Part shown: positions 38,546-51,375 of the stretch, in pieces
Layout: each line of letters opens with the position of its first letter
Numbering within the stretch: position 1 is the first letter of the stretch
Source of the DNA: an uncultured archaeon
Lineage (GTDB): Archaea; Altiarchaeota; Altiarchaeia; JAFGQM01
DNA length: 64,000 bases
Direction of reading: 5' to 3'
Assembly (NCBI GenBank): GCA_964619365.1
Contig: CAZUDQ010000002.1
Span: 5,537 to 69,536, forward strand
Notes under the pieces: model-generated
Told to the model about the DNA's origin: nothing
The model's database searches: none
Seen by the model: the letters and a program-made list of their open reading frames with translations, nothing else
Translations under genes and position numbers: made by a program

Positions 38546-41500
38546 ATGGTCTCAAAAGTAGCAGTAGTGTTAAGCTTAGCAGTACTTATTATAGCTTTTG
38601 CATTCTCCCTTAGCATCTTAAGTCCATTTGAAGAAAGCTTCAACTCATTACAATCGCCCCAAGGCCTTGCGATAGGGAATGATGACCTATTCGAGTACTT
38701 TATTACACCCCCAGAGGCAAACGATACTGAAAACGAAACTGGTAATGGGGATGGACAAGCAGTAGAGCCAAAATCCGAGAGCGTTTTCCCGCAAATTGAG
38801 TTTGTCCCACCGACACCTGATAACGGAACAACTACAACTGACACAAATGCCAGTATAAACGTAAGCATTACTGAAGAGAATTTAGCCAATGTCAGCTTTA
38901 ACTGGAGCGGAAGCGACTATTCCCTATATGATGATTCACTCGTCCTGATGATGAATTTTGACAATATCAGCTCATTAGGCGAGAATTCAAGCTATGTTGT
39001 TGATATGAGTGAGTATGGCAATAACGGTACTGTCAATGGCTCAACCTGGACTTCAAATGGCAGGTATGGTGGAGCGTATGAATTTGATGGCAATGGTTAT
39101 TTTATGAATTCAAGTTATATTGAGATTGCCGATTCAAATAGCTTAGATTTAGGAAATGAAATAACAGTTTCTACATGGATTAAATTTTATGATTATAATT
39201 TTGGGCCATATATTATAACTAAAAGGGATTCTGGTGCTGCTGTAGATAATCATTATGGAATTTATTTAAAAAATGAGACCGAAGGAGAAATGACCCCTAA
39301 ATTTACATGCGGAAATGGGACTCATAGAAATAGTGTTTCTGCCTCTAATGGAAGATTATCCGAGTTAAATCATTGGTATCATCTTGTTGGAATAAAGGAT
39401 GATGAATCAATTAGGATATATGTTGACGGTGAATTTGTTGGTTCCAACACTGAACTAAAAAATAGAAGTGGGGCTATTGTTGATAATGATACTATGGTTA
39501 CTGGGTGGTCTAATGATGTTCCATTAAGACTTGGTGCATTATATTATTCAAGTCTTGGGGTAAGTAGATATGGTTTCAATGGTTCAATTGATGAAGTAAG
39601 GATCTATAACCAAAGTCTGTCTGCTAATGAAGTAAGATTATTATATGAGTCAAATCTAAAGAAAATGGATCCTGATTCCTGGGAACTTTATGTTAACAAG
39701 ACAAATTTAACTTCTGGAACATATCATTATGTGGCTACTGCTACTGATTCAAGCGGGAATAGCAATAGTACGGAGATGAGGTTGTTGACCATTGATAATG
39801 TTGCAGATACTATTGCCCCCAATGTGTCAATTAGTTATCCTGTTGGGTATGGGGCTTATGTTAGTGTTGCATCATTTAATTATACTTCAAGTGAAGCGGG
39901 AAGCTGCTGGTATAGTTTGAATGATAGTTCTAATTCAACAGCAGTTGTTGCTAATAATAGTTTTGCTGGATTGAATTTAGAGGATGGAGATTATAATCTG
40001 ACTATTTATTGTAATGATAGTTCTGGTAATGTAGGAAGTAATAATTTGAGTTTTGTTGTTGGAGATTATTATGGTGCTGACGAAGTTAATAAGTTGTTGG
40101 CGAGTGATATTCAATTAAATGATGCTTTTGGTGCTTCTGTCTCAATTTCAGGAGATTATGCAATTATAGGAGCCTCTAATGAAGATGAAGGAGGTAATGG
40201 TGCTGGTGCAGCCTATATTTTTAATAAAAATTCTAGTGGGACTTGGAATGAAATTCAAAAAATTCGTTCAAGTGATAATAAAGGCGGAGATACTTTTGGT
40301 ACTTCTGTTTCAATTTCAGGAGATTATGCAATAGTTGGAGCATTTTATGAAGATAATTCTACTGGTTCTGTTTATGTTTTCAAGAAAAATTCTAGTGGAT
40401 TGTTTGAGGAGGTAAGTGAATTAAGAGCAAGTGATGCACAAGAGGGACCTCGTTTTGGTCATTCAATTTCTCTTTCTGGTGATTGTGCAATACTTGGAGC
40501 CGTTTGGGATGATACTAATGGTAATCGTTCTGGTGCAGCTTATATATTTAAGAAAAATTCTAGTGGTGGTTTTGAGGAAGTTAATAAAATAATAGCTAGT
40601 GATGGACAAGCTTATGATTATTTTAGTAATTCAATTTCTCTTTCTGGTGATTATGCAATAGTTGGAGCATCTGGGGAAGATGCTAATGGTGCTGGTGCTG
40701 GTGCAGCTTATATATTTAAGAAAAATTCCACAGGACAATTTGAAGAAATTCAGAAGATTTTGTCAAGTGATATTGCAGGTGGTGATGCTTTTGGTAATTC
40801 AGTTTCAATTTCAGGAGATTATGCAATAGTAGGGGCTCTTACTGAAGATCCTGAATCACTTTACAATGCTGGAGCAGCTTATATTTTTAAGAAGAATTCT
40901 AGTGGACAGTTTGAAGAAGTAGATAAAATTCAGGCAAGCGATAAAGAAACGATTGATAATTTTGGGCGGTCAGTTTCCATTAGTGGAGATTATGCAGTTG
41001 TTGGGTCTATTTATGAAGATACTGGTGGAAATAATTCTGGAGCAGCTTATATTTTTAAGAAGAATAGTAGTAGTGGATTTGAAGAAATTCATAAAATTAC
41101 TGCTAGTGATGGACAAGCTCATGATTATTTTAGTAATTCTATTTTTATTTCTGGAGAGTATGCAATTGTTGGAGCAAGTAATGAGAATTCTTCTGGTGCT
41201 GCTTATATGTTTAGATTGAATGAGAGTGTTGCTGATACAACTGCCCCTTTGATTACATTTATCACTGAGAATAATACCCAGATATATGCTTCAAGTATTT
41301 TGATTGAAGCTAATGTTACTGATGACAGCCAGACATATACGTTCCTGAATGATTCTTCCCTAGTTGGTTATTGGACTGCTGAGAATGGTGCTAATGACAG
41401 CTCTATATATAATAATAGTGGGAATTTTGTTAATGATACTTCAATCACTTCTTCAGGTAAGTTTGGAAGTGCATTCAGTTTTGATGGTAATGGTGATTAT

Positions 41501-44500
41501 ATAAATACTTCTATAGAGATTCCAGCCGAGAATTTTTCATTTTCCATGTGGTTCTATATGTTAGATAATGCAACATCAAGAAATGCTTCTATTAATTTAT
41601 TATCATCTGATGGGTTTGTGGTATATCAACATCCTGAAAATGATTTGATTTATTTTTATTCAGTTGGTGCAAGATATATTATTTGGTATCCAGAAATTAA
41701 TAAGTGGCATCATTTAGCTTGTTCAATTAATTCTGCAGGGAATGCGATAGATAATTATGATGCTAATTGTTACGCTGATGGTATTTTAAGAAGCCTTAAT
41801 CAGGATGGTTATTTAAATTCATCAACATATTTGAAGATTTCTTATTCTAGTGCTGCGAACCATTCTATTAATGGTTCTGTTGATGAATTTATGATTTTTA
41901 ATAGGAGTTTGAGTTCAAGTGAGATTAGTGCACTATATAATGCAACTGCACAGAACTTCAATACTACTGTTGATTTGGTTGTTGGAAATAATATAATTAA
42001 TTTGGTTGCAAAAGATACTTATGCTAATGTTGTTAGTGAGCAAGTTGTTGTTGAGCGGACCCCTACTGCATCTGAGAATGCGTTTGTTTCAACTTGGAAT
42101 ACTTCAGCTGTTTCAAATGTTTCAAGTAATGCATCACAAGTAATGTTGCCGTTAGAAGCTACGGGAAATTACGAGTTTACAGTTTATTGGGGAGATGGTA
42201 CTGATGATTATATAACAACATATAATCAAGCAGAAGTAAATCATACTTATGCAACTGAAGGTCTTTATAATATCTCAATTGATGGAACAATTGTTGGTTG
42301 GAGATTTAATAATGTTGGAGATAAGTTGAAGATAACAGATATTTCCAATTGGGGAAGTTTGAATGTGGGAAATAATAATGGTTATTTCTATGGTTGTGCT
42401 AATTTGGATGCAAGTGCGATTGATGCTTTGAATTTGAGTGGGACAACGATTTTGACCTCTATGTTTAGAAATAGTAGTTTTAATGGGAGTATTGGTAATT
42501 GGGATACTTCTAGTGTTACAAATACTGACTGGATGTTTTTCTACGCTAGTAATTTTAACCAAAACATAAGTGATTGGAATACTTCTAAGGTTACAAATAT
42601 GTTTTATATGTTGGGTGGTGCAAGTAGTTTTAATCAACCAGTAAATACATGGGATGTTTCTAGTGTTACTAATATGGGATATATGTTTTCTTATATGGAT
42701 TCATTTAACCAAGACATAAGCAACTGGGATGTTTCTTCTGTTACTTCCATGTATCGTATGTTTCTTAATGCTGACAATTTTAATCAACCTTTAGATAATT
42801 GGGATACATCTAGTGTTACTGATATGGAAAGGATGTTTCAGAATGCAGATAGTTTCAACCAAGATATTGGAAGTTGGGATACATCAAAGGTTACTAATAT
42901 GAATTCTATGTTCTATGGTGCTTTAAACTTTAATCAGCCATTAAATAATTGGGATACTTCTAGTGTTACGTCTATGAACTATATGTTTAGAGATGGTAAT
43001 TTGTTTAATCAAAATATTAGTAATTGGAATGTTTCTAATGTAGAATACATGGATTATATGTTTTATTCTTGTCCATCTTTTGATCAAAATATTGGTAGTT
43101 GGAATGTTTCTAATGTAATAAATATGGATAATATGTTTAATGGTTCAACTCTATCTACTGAAAACTATGATGATTTATTATCTGGTTGGTCAAATTTACA
43201 TAGTTTGCAAGAAAATATTGAATTTCATGCTGGTAATTCAACTTATACAAATTCCGCAGCTAAGGCCATATTAATTGATAATTATAATTGGACTATTACT
43301 GATGGAGGATATTTGGATATAGTTGTTCCCAATATTACATTTATCACTGAGAATAATACCCAGACATCCGCTTCAAGTATTTTGATTGAAGCTAATGTTA
43401 CTGATGACAGCCAGACATATACGTTCCTGAATGATTCTTCCCTAGTTGGTTATTGGACTGCTGAGAATGGTGCTAATGACAGCTCTATATACAATAATAA
43501 TGGAACATTTAATGGTAATGCTTCTGTTACAAGTTCTGGTAAGTTTGGCAGTGCATTTGAGTTTGATGGTGATGGGGATTACATTGAATCATCTGAAAAT
43601 GGCTCACTAAATATTGGTAGAGATCAACTTACAATTTCTTCTTGGGTTAAATTAAATAATTTTATAGATGGCCGTAGTTTTATTGTTGAAAGGAGATTTG
43701 AAACTGCCGACCTATACAGCTTATACGTACAGAATAATTCTGCCATTAGTTTTAATATGGAACGGGGACCTTCACCAACAGGTATTATTAGTAATCCAGA
43801 TATTTTTTCACTTAACGAATGGCATCATATTTTAGGAACTTATGATGGCGCATCAATTAAAATTTATTTAGATGGTAGTCTAATTCAGGAAAATTCATCC
43901 TCTGGAAATATTGATAATAGTTCAGGAACTTTCAGAATAGGTACAAATGATGGAGCTAGATTTTGGAATGGTTCTATCGATGAAGTAATGGTTTTCAATC
44001 GTTCGTTATCTTCTTCAGAAGTTAAAGCATTATACAATGCAACTGCACAGGACTTTAATGCTACTGTTGATTTGGTTTCCGGTAATAATTCTGTTCAGTT
44101 GGTTGCTGTTGATACTGAATATAATGTTGCTAGGGAAAGTATTAATGTTGAGAGAAATGATAGTACTGCTCCTTCAATTACATTTATAACAGCTAATAAT
44201 ACCCAGACATCCGCTTCAAGTATTTTGATTGAAGCTAATGTTACTGATGACAGCCAGACATATACGTTCCTGAATGATTCTTCATTAGTTGCTTATTGGA
44301 CTGCTGAGAATGGTGCTAATGACAGCTCTATATATAATAATAGTGGAACATTTAATGGTAATGCTTCTGTTACAAGTTCTGGCAAGTTTGGAAGTGCATT
44401 TGAGTTTGATGGTGATGGGGATTATGTGGATGTTGGAAATTCACAAACATTAAATCAAGCGACTCTTTCCTTATGGTTTTATAGAAATTCAAGTAAAGAT

Positions 44501-47500
44501 AATTTTCAAATGATGTATACTGGCTATTCCCTTTCAGAGTTAGAATTATCTTTCTATATAGATACTCTAAGAGCTTATGTGAATAATAGTTATGTTTTCT
44601 ATAATAATGCTTATTCATTAAATACTTGGTTTCATGCAGTTTTAACTTTTAATTCAACTAATCAAACACTTTATGTAAATGGTGTTCCAGTTGCAAGCAG
44701 AATTCCAATTGGAGTTGTGTCTGCATCTGCCAAAACTATTGGTGGAAGGAAATGGAATTATTCCTTTAATGGTTCTATTGATGAGGTTATGATTTTTAAT
44801 AGGAGTTTGAGTGCTAATGAAGTTAGTGCTTTGTATAATGCAACTGCTCAAAACTTCAATACTACTGTTGATTTGGTTTATGGTGATAATGCTGTTCAGT
44901 TAGTTGCTGTTGATACTGAGTATAATGTTGCCAGAGAAAGTATCAATATTGATAGGATAGTATATAATATCACAAATTGTGTTGAGTTGCAGGCAATGGG
45001 TTATAATTTGTCAGGAAATTATGTGTTGGCGAATAATATTGATTGTTCTGATACTGCTAATTGGAATAGTGGTGCTGGTTTTGATCCAATCGGTGATTCG
45101 TCAAATTATTTTACAGGTGGTCTTGATGGACAAGGATATAATATAAGTTATCTTTACATAAATCGTTCTGATGTGGGTTATGGAGGACTTTTTGGATATG
45201 TTAGTTCTGGTGAGATAAATAATTTAGGTTTGATTTCGGTTAATGTTACAGGGTTTAATCAGACAGGTGCTTTTGCTGGCTGGTTCGGGGGCTCAGTAAT
45301 AAATAATTCTTATGTTACTGGGAGTGTTTTTGGAGGGGTAACTGCTGTTGGTGGATTTTTTGGAATAATACATAGTTCAACAATTTTAAATTCTTATTCA
45401 ATAGTTGATGTAAGTGGTGTTCATGATCATATAGGAGGTCTTGCAGGACAAATGATTGGTTCAGTTGTTAATAATTCTTATGTGAATGGAAACATAAAGG
45501 GGAGTAGTACATATATTGGTGGAATTGGAGGTAGTTTATGGGATGCAACAATTTCAAATTCCTATTTTGTCGGAAATGTTACTGGAACCAATTTAGTGGG
45601 TGGTATAGTTGGGGGAATGATTGGCATTGGTAGTTCAACCAAGAACTGTTATTCTACTGGCAATATAACTGTTACTGGTGGAAGTGGAGTTGGAGCTATT
45701 ACGGGATACTTGAATGGTGCAGGAGAGACTATCATAAATTCATACTGGTTGAATAATACTGGAGATGATGTAGTTTCTTGTTATCCTGGAGGGAATGAGA
45801 ATTGTACTGCGGTGACAAGTGAAATTTATTTCTTTTCGGTTTCGAATTCTCCTATTTCAGCATGGCAGTTCCCGCCGTGGGATTCTTTTTGTGATGGAGT
45901 AGGATACCAACCATTGGCATGGCAAAATATATCAACTGAGACAGAATGTTTGGGATATTCTACAATAACACCACAGATTAGTTTTGTGAACCCTACTCCC
46001 GATAATGGAACAAATACTACTAATAATTCTGTTGAGATTAATGTTTCCATTACTGAAGAGAATTTAGCCAATGTCAGCTTCGACTGGGCACTAGGTCCAA
46101 GAGATGGACTTGTTCTTGATTTGAATTTTGATGATGGGAGTTTGGTTGATGAATCAGGGCAGGGGAATGATGGAGTAAATAATGGTTCTATCTATACTCC
46201 AGATGGAAAGATTATGGGTGCTAGAGAATTTGATGGTGAAAATGATTATGTTAATGCTGGAAATGATACATCTTTAGATATAAGAGATCAAATAACTTTA
46301 GGAGCTTGGATTAAGTTAAATGAATTAACTAATAATTCAGCCGTAAACATTATTTTAAATAAAGATTGGGCTGATTATGAAATTGGAATTGCAGCTAATT
46401 CTACTGGAGTATCAGTTTATAACTTTGCGTGGTATTTAGGTGGTGTTTCATCTGGATGGCATGATGGTGGAGGACCAATTAATATAAATGAATGGACCTC
46501 TGTTATGTTAACGTATAATGGTGAACAAGTTAGAACTTATATTAATGGAGTATTAACTAATAGCTATGAATATAATGGAAGTATTTATTATCCTGGACTT
46601 GATTGTGATTTGAAGATAGGAGCAAGATCACGGCCAGACTCCTGTGAGGAGAGTGGAAGTTATTTCAACGGTTCTATTGATGAAGTAAAAGTATATAATC
46701 GGTCGTTAAGTTCTACTGAGATTACTGAGTTGTATCATTCTAGTAGGGCTAAATTTATGGATGATAGTTTAGTTTTGATGATGAATTTTGACAATATCAG
46801 CTCATTAGGCGAGAATTCAAGCTATGTTGTTGACATGAGTGAGTACGGGAATGATGGCGTCGTTAATGGTTCTACTTGGACCCCAAATGGTAATTATGGC
46901 GGAGCTTATGAGTTTGATGGAGAGAATGATTATATTAACCTGACATCGGCTGTCTTGGAAACAACTAATGATTCTCATGAGATTACTTTGCTTGCATGGA
47001 TAAAACCTAATGATTATGGTGATCCTGATTCAAATCAAAGCTATATTATTAGCCAATATATATATCCTAATAGTGACAGATTCTTATGGGGATTCGATGG
47101 TAAGAAGATAAGATATTTTGTTGGAGGAAATCAGAGTTTAGGAAATACGAATATTACATTAGGAGTTTGGCAGATGATTGCTTCAACTAAGTTATCTAAT
47201 GGTACAGTCAAGCATTATTATAATGGAATATATGATGGTAAAGGTGTTGTGCAAGGAAAGTATCAAGATACAGAGACAATCATAGGTGGTGGACATGTAT
47301 ACGCTGGTGTTTATGCATTCAATGGTTTAATTGATGAACCAAGGATTTATAATAGAAGTCTTAGCGCAAATGAAATTCAGTTATTATACGAGTCAAATCT
47401 AAAGAAAATTGATCCTGATTCCTGGGAACTTTATGTTAATAAGACTAATTTAACCGTTGGAGACTATTCTTATTCTGCAAGCGCATGTGATTCGAGCGAT

Positions 47501-50500
47501 AATTGCAACTCAACTGAAACAAGATACCTAACTATTGAATCAGAATACGCACCTACATTCCAAGGCAATCTTGACTTAAATAACGACGGATATCTGGACA
47601 TAGTTTTCTCTAACTGGAGAAATGAAACGTCTTACAACATCAATAGTACCATATACTATGGTAGCGCAACTGGATTTAGGATAAATGATACTGGTGAACT
47701 TCCTACAATGGGGGCAGTTGGTAATTCCATTGCCGACTTAAATAACGACGGATACTTAGACATAGTTTTCTCTAACTGGAAAAATGATAGCACCTATAAC
47801 ATAAACAGCACCATCTATTACGGAACCGTTGCAGGATTTGATGCCGATAACAAGGCTGAACTGCCCACTCACGGCGCACAAGGGAACTCCATTGCCGACC
47901 TGAACAATGATGGTTATTTAGACGTAGTTTTCTCTAATTATTTCAATGGGGTATCTTACGACATCAACAGCACCATCTATTATGGGAGCGCAACAGGATT
48001 TGGTACCAACAACACCAAGGGCCTGCCAACAAACCACGCAATAGGAAATTCCATTGCCGACCTGAATAACGACGGATACTTTGACATAGTGTTTTCCAAC
48101 TCTGGCGAGTCAAGTGTTATATATTACGGAAGCGCAACAGGATTTGATGCTGATAATAAAACAGAGTTATTAACCCATGCCGCGACTGGAAATTCCATTG
48201 CCGACCTAGATAATGACGGGTACCTGGATATTGTGTTTTCCAATAATGGCGAAGGTGGGGACCGCAACATCAACAGTACGATCTACTACGGAAGCGCTGC
48301 AGGATTTGATGCCAACAATACGAAAGGATTACTAACACACGGAGCATATACAAATTCCATTGCCGACTTAAATAACGACGGATACCTAGATATCATATTC
48401 TCAAATTATCATAATAACACAGGTCGCAACATCAACAGTACGGTGTATTATGGGGGTGTTAGCGGGTTTAACATTAACAACAAAACAGAGTTACCAACAC
48501 ACGGAGCAAATGGCAATTCTGTTGCTGACCTAAACAACGACGGATACTTAGACATAGTGTTTTCCAACACATATAACGATACTGATTTTAACATCAACAG
48601 CACCATCTATTACGGAAGTGTAACAGGATTTAACACCAACAATACTGGGGGCTTACCTACAATAGGTGCTTCGGGGGTTTCAGTTGTCGTCGGACAAGTA
48701 GCTTCAGCAAATACGGCATATGGGACGACGCTTGGCGCAACGCTGATTCCTGATTTTAGGTTGGCAAAGAACTCCAGTTTAAGCGATTTTATTGACCTTG
48801 ACATATTCTTCAACGATAAGAATGGGGACGAACTTACGATTTTGGCATACAAAGATGGCGCACTTTACTCTGACTCAAGCGTGCAGCTGCTTATCGATAA
48901 TACAACACACAAATTAAGTATAATCCCTGCCACAGATTATGCTGGGACAATAACTGGCATCTATTTTGTCGCAAGCGATGGGCAGTACAATGTCAGCAGT
49001 AACAATGTAAGTGTGATTGTGCTAGGTAATGACACCCAGGCGCCACAAATCGACTTCGTCCCGCCGACGCCCGATAACGGGACTGTCACAGCAAATACCT
49101 CAGTACTGATAAACGTCAGCATCAACGATACAGGCCTTGCAAACGTCACATTTGACTGGAACGACAGCGAAGAAGTCTGTTCAATATACTCCCAGGACAT
49201 AAGCAATTACTCTTGCACCGATTATCATGACTCTTCTTTGGTTCTTGCTATGAACTTTGATAATTCAAGTGACCTAACGGATTTATCGGGTCATGGAAAT
49301 GACGGAATCAATAACGGAGCTACATGGACTCCTGATGGGAAGTATGGCGGAGCAAGAAGCTTTGATGGGTTAAATGATTCCGTCTACATCGATTCTTTTG
49401 ACATTGGAAATTCAATTGGAAAAACAAGTTGTGCATGGATATATCCATTATCTTTTAGAGTAAATAGTCTAATCGGAATCATAGCAGGGCCAAGCAGTTA
49501 TACTGTTAATGTCCCCTGGATGAGATTATATAATGGTTACATGTTTAATAGAATTTGGAATAGTACTCATGCGTTTAGCAAGGAATACTCATCTATAGAA
49601 GCTCTGAAACTTAATTCTTGGTCGCATCTTTGTGTGGTTTGGCAAGGCAATGGTCCAAATCAAAATTTAAGTATGCTTTATTACATCAATGGAGGTCTTG
49701 ATAAGAACATTACTTCAAACATAAAAGATACGGATGGATATGTCGGAATGGCTTATGGGGATGTCAGAATAGGTTCTGATCCCGTATATGCTTCGAGATT
49801 TTTCAATGGTTCTATCGATGAGATTAGAATTTACAACAGGATGTTATCCTCTGATGAAATTAACTTATTATATGAATCCAGGTTAGTAAAGTATTCTGAT
49901 TGGAACCTTCTAGTAAATAAAACTAATTTATCGGTTGGCAACTATACTTATTCTGCAAGCGCTTGCGACATTTATAATAATTGCAATTCTACGGGAATTA
50001 ATACTCTTGAAATAATTTCTACAAGCTTCACAGCAGGTTTTAGCGTGACCCCTTCAAGCATCTCGGAAACAGGAACTGCAATATGGAATTTAACGCTAAA
50101 CAATCTTGAGACATCAAACCTCACTGTGGAAATCTCACCCTCTTGGACATCAGCATATAATACGACTGTAAGCGTTCTTTCAAACTACTCGCGTGCGTGG
50201 AGCCAGGGCGTTTCCTGCCCGACAACATCAGTCACAAGAAGCGTCACTTTGACCGAGGGTAGCTCGTCAAAACAAAAATCAGCGATAGTATCAGTCTCCT
50301 GCCCCTCATCAACTTGCTCAAAAGACTGGTCATGCGGAGAATGGAGCGAATGTGTTGATGGGGCACAGACGCGTGACTGTTCTTGCGCGTGCCCAAAAGA
50401 CTCACAGTGCAATGGCGACCACGCAACAGAACAAGAATGCGACGCGTGCGAGGGTGTGACCTGCGAAGATGACGGCAATCCATGCACGAGCGTTGCGTGT

Positions 50501-51373
50501 TTTGAAGGGGATTGTGTAATCGAGCTGTTATCAGGAAACTCCTGTGGGGACTCTGGCGACCCATGTATTGACCTTATCTGCCAGGAAGGGGTGTGCACAG
50601 AGACTCCGACAACAAACGCGTGTGATGACGGTGATGTCTGCACAGAAGGCGACAGGTGTTCAGGCGGAGTTTGTACTCCTGGGGAATTTGTCTGTGATTG
50701 TAAGGTTGCAAGTGATTGCCCGCAGGAAGAATGCTTTATTGCAGATTGCATCGCAGGAAAGTGCAAGTTCACATATGATGAGACTTGCAAAAAAGAAAAA
50801 GATGAATGTGACGCCGACTGGATTTGTGAAGACTGGTCAGAATGCAGCGGAGGCCTCAAGACTCGCATGTGCGAGTGTTCCTGTGAAAATGGGAATTGCC
50901 GTGGCGATGGACAAATGGTCGACACTTGCGAAATCAATGCTACGGAAGGTGGATTAGAAATCGTAGTTGGCGACGGCTTTGTAGGCGATGACATAAATGT
51001 CTCGATATATGACGAATACGGCAATCCCGTTGACGGCGCGACAATACAGTTCATCGCACCCGACGGGCGCATACTCTCTTATGAGGAAGGCTTTAAGCTC
51101 TATGGGGAAGGCAAGTGGGCTGTCATGGTAGACAAGACTGGATATGCTGGAAACTATGAACTCTTTGATGTAGAGACTAAAAGCGGAACGAGTGAATCGG
51201 GAGTAGCAGGAGTCCTTGGTTCTGTTGCAGACGCAGTAGGCGGCTTTTTTGACTGGATTGCGCAGTCAGCCGCGCGTTCCGCATTACTCCCCGTCACAGT
51301 AATAATTGCGGCAATATTAATGATTATGTTTGTGCTAAAAAAGAATTATTCTCACAAGATAAAGGGACGTTAA
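38546..51373 (+). CDS. Giant cell-surface protein 2 (4275 aa), a modular adhesin-like protein ending in the shared Cys-rich module and a TM anchor
   Basis: A single ORF. The N-terminal signal is [17 protein letters not shown]. The order of blocks is LamG, 8 FG-GAP-like blades, LamG, about 11 DUF285 repeats, 3 LamG, 7 GLUG units, 2 LamG, 10 FG-GAP/VCBS-like repeats, an Ig-like region, LamG, then the shared C-terminal module and a TM. The lectin module end motif (NGSIDEV(M/R/K)I(F/Y)NRSLS) is repeated many times. N-x-S/T sequons are dense. The C-terminal TM is [15 protein letters not shown] plus [11 protein letters not shown]. Confidence 0.85.
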   Translation: MVSKVAVVLSLAVLIIAFAFSLSILSPFEESFNSLQSPQGLAIGNDDLFEYFITPPEANDTENETGNGDGQAVEPKSESVFPQIEFVPPTPDNGTTTTDTNASINVSITEENLANVSFNWSGSDYSLYDDSLVLMMNFDNISSLGENSSYVVDMSEYGNNGTVNGSTWTSNGRYGGAYEFDGNGYFMNSSYIEIADSNSLDLGNEITVSTWIKFYDYNFGPYIITKRDSGAAVDNHYGIYLKNETEGEMTPKFTCGNGTHRNSVSASNGRLSELNHWYHLVGIKDDESIRIYVDGEFVGSNTELKNRSGAIVDNDTMVTGWSNDVPLRLGALYYSSLGVSRYGFNGSIDEVRIYNQSLSANEVRLLYESNLKKMDPDSWELYVNKTNLTSGTYHYVATATDSSGNSNSTEMRLLTIDNVADTIAPNVSISYPVGYGAYVSVASFNYTSSEAGSCWYSLNDSSNSTAVVANNSFAGLNLEDGDYNLTIYCNDSSGNVGSNNLSFVVGDYYGADEVNKLLASDIQLNDAFGASVSISGDYAIIGASNEDEGGNGAGAAYIFNKNSSGTWNEIQKIRSSDNKGGDTFGTSVSISGDYAIVGAFYEDNSTGSVYVFKKNSSGLFEEVSELRASDAQEGPRFGHSISLSGDCAILGAVWDDTNGNRSGAAYIFKKNSSGGFEEVNKIIASDGQAYDYFSNSISLSGDYAIVGASGEDANGAGAGAAYIFKKNSTGQFEEIQKILSSDIAGGDAFGNSVSISGDYAIVGALTEDPESLYNAGAAYIFKKNSSGQFEEVDKIQASDKETIDNFGRSVSISGDYAVVGSIYEDTGGNNSGAAYIFKKNSSSGFEEIHKITASDGQAHDYFSNSIFISGEYAIVGASNENSSGAAYMFRLNESVADTTAPLITFITENNTQIYASSILIEANVTDDSQTYTFLNDSSLVGYWTAENGANDSSIYNNSGNFVNDTSITSSGKFGSAFSFDGNGDYINTSIEIPAENFSFSMWFYMLDNATSRNASINLLSSDGFVVYQHPENDLIYFYSVGARYIIWYPEINKWHHLACSINSAGNAIDNYDANCYADGILRSLNQDGYLNSSTYLKISYSSAANHSINGSVDEFMIFNRSLSSSEISALYNATAQNFNTTVDLVVGNNIINLVAKDTYANVVSEQVVVERTPTASENAFVSTWNTSAVSNVSSNASQVMLPLEATGNYEFTVYWGDGTDDYITTYNQAEVNHTYATEGLYNISIDGTIVGWRFNNVGDKLKITDISNWGSLNVGNNNGYFYGCANLDASAIDALNLSGTTILTSMFRNSSFNGSIGNWDTSSVTNTDWMFFYASNFNQNISDWNTSKVTNMFYMLGGASSFNQPVNTWDVSSVTNMGYMFSYMDSFNQDISNWDVSSVTSMYRMFLNADNFNQPLDNWDTSSVTDMERMFQNADSFNQDIGSWDTSKVTNMNSMFYGALNFNQPLNNWDTSSVTSMNYMFRDGNLFNQNISNWNVSNVEYMDYMFYSCPSFDQNIGSWNVSNVINMDNMFNGSTLSTENYDDLLSGWSNLHSLQENIEFHAGNSTYTNSAAKAILIDNYNWTITDGGYLDIVVPNITFITENNTQTSASSILIEANVTDDSQTYTFLNDSSLVGYWTAENGANDSSIYNNNGTFNGNASVTSSGKFGSAFEFDGDGDYIESSENGSLNIGRDQLTISSWVKLNNFIDGRSFIVERRFETADLYSLYVQNNSAISFNMERGPSPTGIISNPDIFSLNEWHHILGTYDGASIKIYLDGSLIQENSSSGNIDNSSGTFRIGTNDGARFWNGSIDEVMVFNRSLSSSEVKALYNATAQDFNATVDLVSGNNSVQLVAVDTEYNVARESINVERNDSTAPSITFITANNTQTSASSILIEANVTDDSQTYTFLNDSSLVAYWTAENGANDSSIYNNSGTFNGNASVTSSGKFGSAFEFDGDGDYVDVGNSQTLNQATLSLWFYRNSSKDNFQMMYTGYSLSELELSFYIDTLRAYVNNSYVFYNNAYSLNTWFHAVLTFNSTNQTLYVNGVPVASRIPIGVVSASAKTIGGRKWNYSFNGSIDEVMIFNRSLSANEVSALYNATAQNFNTTVDLVYGDNAVQLVAVDTEYNVARESINIDRIVYNITNCVELQAMGYNLSGNYVLANNIDCSDTANWNSGAGFDPIGDSSNYFTGGLDGQGYNISYLYINRSDVGYGGLFGYVSSGEINNLGLISVNVTGFNQTGAFAGWFGGSVINNSYVTGSVFGGVTAVGGFFGIIHSSTILNSYSIVDVSGVHDHIGGLAGQMIGSVVNNSYVNGNIKGSSTYIGGIGGSLWDATISNSYFVGNVTGTNLVGGIVGGMIGIGSSTKNCYSTGNITVTGGSGVGAITGYLNGAGETIINSYWLNNTGDDVVSCYPGGNENCTAVTSEIYFFSVSNSPISAWQFPPWDSFCDGVGYQPLAWQNISTETECLGYSTITPQISFVNPTPDNGTNTTNNSVEINVSITEENLANVSFDWALGPRDGLVLDLNFDDGSLVDESGQGNDGVNNGSIYTPDGKIMGAREFDGENDYVNAGNDTSLDIRDQITLGAWIKLNELTNNSAVNIILNKDWADYEIGIAANSTGVSVYNFAWYLGGVSSGWHDGGGPININEWTSVMLTYNGEQVRTYINGVLTNSYEYNGSIYYPGLDCDLKIGARSRPDSCEESGSYFNGSIDEVKVYNRSLSSTEITELYHSSRAKFMDDSLVLMMNFDNISSLGENSSYVVDMSEYGNDGVVNGSTWTPNGNYGGAYEFDGENDYINLTSAVLETTNDSHEITLLAWIKPNDYGDPDSNQSYIISQYIYPNSDRFLWGFDGKKIRYFVGGNQSLGNTNITLGVWQMIASTKLSNGTVKHYYNGIYDGKGVVQGKYQDTETIIGGGHVYAGVYAFNGLIDEPRIYNRSLSANEIQLLYESNLKKIDPDSWELYVNKTNLTVGDYSYSASACDSSDNCNSTETRYLTIESEYAPTFQGNLDLNNDGYLDIVFSNWRNETSYNINSTIYYGSATGFRINDTGELPTMGAVGNSIADLNNDGYLDIVFSNWKNDSTYNINSTIYYGTVAGFDADNKAELPTHGAQGNSIADLNNDGYLDVVFSNYFNGVSYDINSTIYYGSATGFGTNNTKGLPTNHAIGNSIADLNNDGYFDIVFSNSGESSVIYYGSATGFDADNKTELLTHAATGNSIADLDNDGYLDIVFSNNGEGGDRNINSTIYYGSAAGFDANNTKGLLTHGAYTNSIADLNNDGYLDIIFSNYHNNTGRNINSTVYYGGVSGFNINNKTELPTHGANGNSVADLNNDGYLDIVFSNTYNDTDFNINSTIYYGSVTGFNTNNTGGLPTIGASGVSVVVGQVASANTAYGTTLGATLIPDFRLAKNSSLSDFIDLDIFFNDKNGDELTILAYKDGALYSDSSVQLLIDNTTHKLSIIPATDYAGTITGIYFVASDGQYNVSSNNVSVIVLGNDTQAPQIDFVPPTPDNGTVTANTSVLINVSINDTGLANVTFDWNDSEEVCSIYSQDISNYSCTDYHDSSLVLAMNFDNSSDLTDLSGHGNDGINNGATWTPDGKYGGARSFDGLNDSVYIDSFDIGNSIGKTSCAWIYPLSFRVNSLIGIIAGPSSYTVNVPWMRLYNGYMFNRIWNSTHAFSKEYSSIEALKLNSWSHLCVVWQGNGPNQNLSMLYYINGGLDKNITSNIKDTDGYVGMAYGDVRIGSDPVYASRFFNGSIDEIRIYNRMLSSDEINLLYESRLVKYSDWNLLVNKTNLSVGNYTYSASACDIYNNCNSTGINTLEIISTSFTAGFSVTPSSISETGTAIWNLTLNNLETSNLTVEISPSWTSAYNTTVSVLSNYSRAWSQGVSCPTTSVTRSVTLTEGSSSKQKSAIVSVSCPSSTCSKDWSCGEWSECVDGAQTRDCSCACPKDSQCNGDHATEQECDACEGVTCEDDGNPCTSVACFEGDCVIELLSGNSCGDSGDPCIDLICQEGVCTETPTTNACDDGDVCTEGDRCSGGVCTPGEFVCDCKVASDCPQEECFIADCIAGKCKFTYDETCKKEKDECDADWICEDWSECSGGLKTRMCECSCENGNCRGDGQMVDTCEINATEGGLEIVVGDGFVGDDINVSIYDEYGNPVDGATIQFIAPDGRILSYEEGFKLYGEGKWAVMVDKTGYAGNYELFDVETKSGTSESGVAGVLGSVADAVGGFFDWIAQSAARSALLPVTVIIAAILMIMFVLKKNYSHKIKGR
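40085..41216 (+). other. FG-GAP-like beta-propeller blade block (8 units of about 45 aa) within giant 2
   Basis: Eight units of the form ASD...[15 protein letters not shown]...D.....[15 protein letters not shown]. This block is the most AT-rich part of the gene. Confidence 0.5.
41254..41423 (+). repeat. Intragenic direct repeat, copy 1 of 3 (about 170 bp; copies 2 and 3 extend to about 245 bp)
   Basis: The unit tacatttatcactgagaataatacccaga...gctctatatataataatag recurs at 43336 and 44179 with more than 95% identity. Confidence 0.8.
42370..43200 (+). other. DUF285-type repeat block (WD(T/V)S(S/K/N)VT(N/S)M..MF...FNQ(D/N/P)I(S/G)(N/S)W), about 11 units
   Basis: Units such as [45 protein letters not shown] are the signature of Pfam DUF285 (Mycoplasma/BspA-like) repeats. 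Confidence 0.65.
43336..43580 (+). repeat. Intragenic direct repeat, copy 2 of 3
   Basis: Near-identical to 44179..44425 and to copy 1 over its first 170 bp. Confidence 0.8.
44179..44425 (+). repeat. Intragenic direct repeat, copy 3 of 3
   Basis: See copies 1 and 2. Confidence 0.8.
45100..45770 (+). other. GLUG-motif repeat block within giant 2
   Basis: Units such as [95 protein letters not shown] and [21 protein letters not shown] match the GLUG motif pattern (GGLVG...NSYxTG.V.G). Confidence 0.55.
47560..48650 (+). other. FG-GAP/VCBS-like repeat block (10 units of about 44 aa: [15 protein letters not shown]...[14 protein letters not shown])
   Basis: The D-x-N-x-D-G-x-x-D Ca-binding-like motif is followed by hydrophobic strands and repeats with high regularity. 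This is an integrin-alpha-type beta-propeller signature. Confidence 0.6.
50210..51373 (+). other. Shared Cys/Trp-rich C-terminal anchor module, giant 2 copy
   Basis: It is collinear with 20938..21934: SCPTTSVTR...[34 protein letters not shown]...[11 protein letters not shown]...[28 protein letters not shown]...[16 protein letters not shown]...[15 protein letters not shown] plus a TM. An extra Cys-rich insert sits between the two halves. Confidence 0.8.
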
Positions 51374-51375
51374 GC

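Noticed and set aside
50185-51072. 295 aa ORF on the minus strand (plus 50244..50564 - and 50544..50957 +)
   Set aside because: They are antisense or out-of-frame within the conserved C-terminal module of giant gene 2. The Ser/Pro/His-rich low-complexity translations are artefacts of the Cys/Gly-rich sense frame.
38546-51373. Possibility that the giant genes are assembly chimeras of several genes
   Set aside because: Both maintain one reading frame over 9-13 kb with no stops. The domain periodicity is continuous across the whole length and both end with the same anchor module. The internal near-identical repeats do make local mis-assembly possible, and this is flagged separately.
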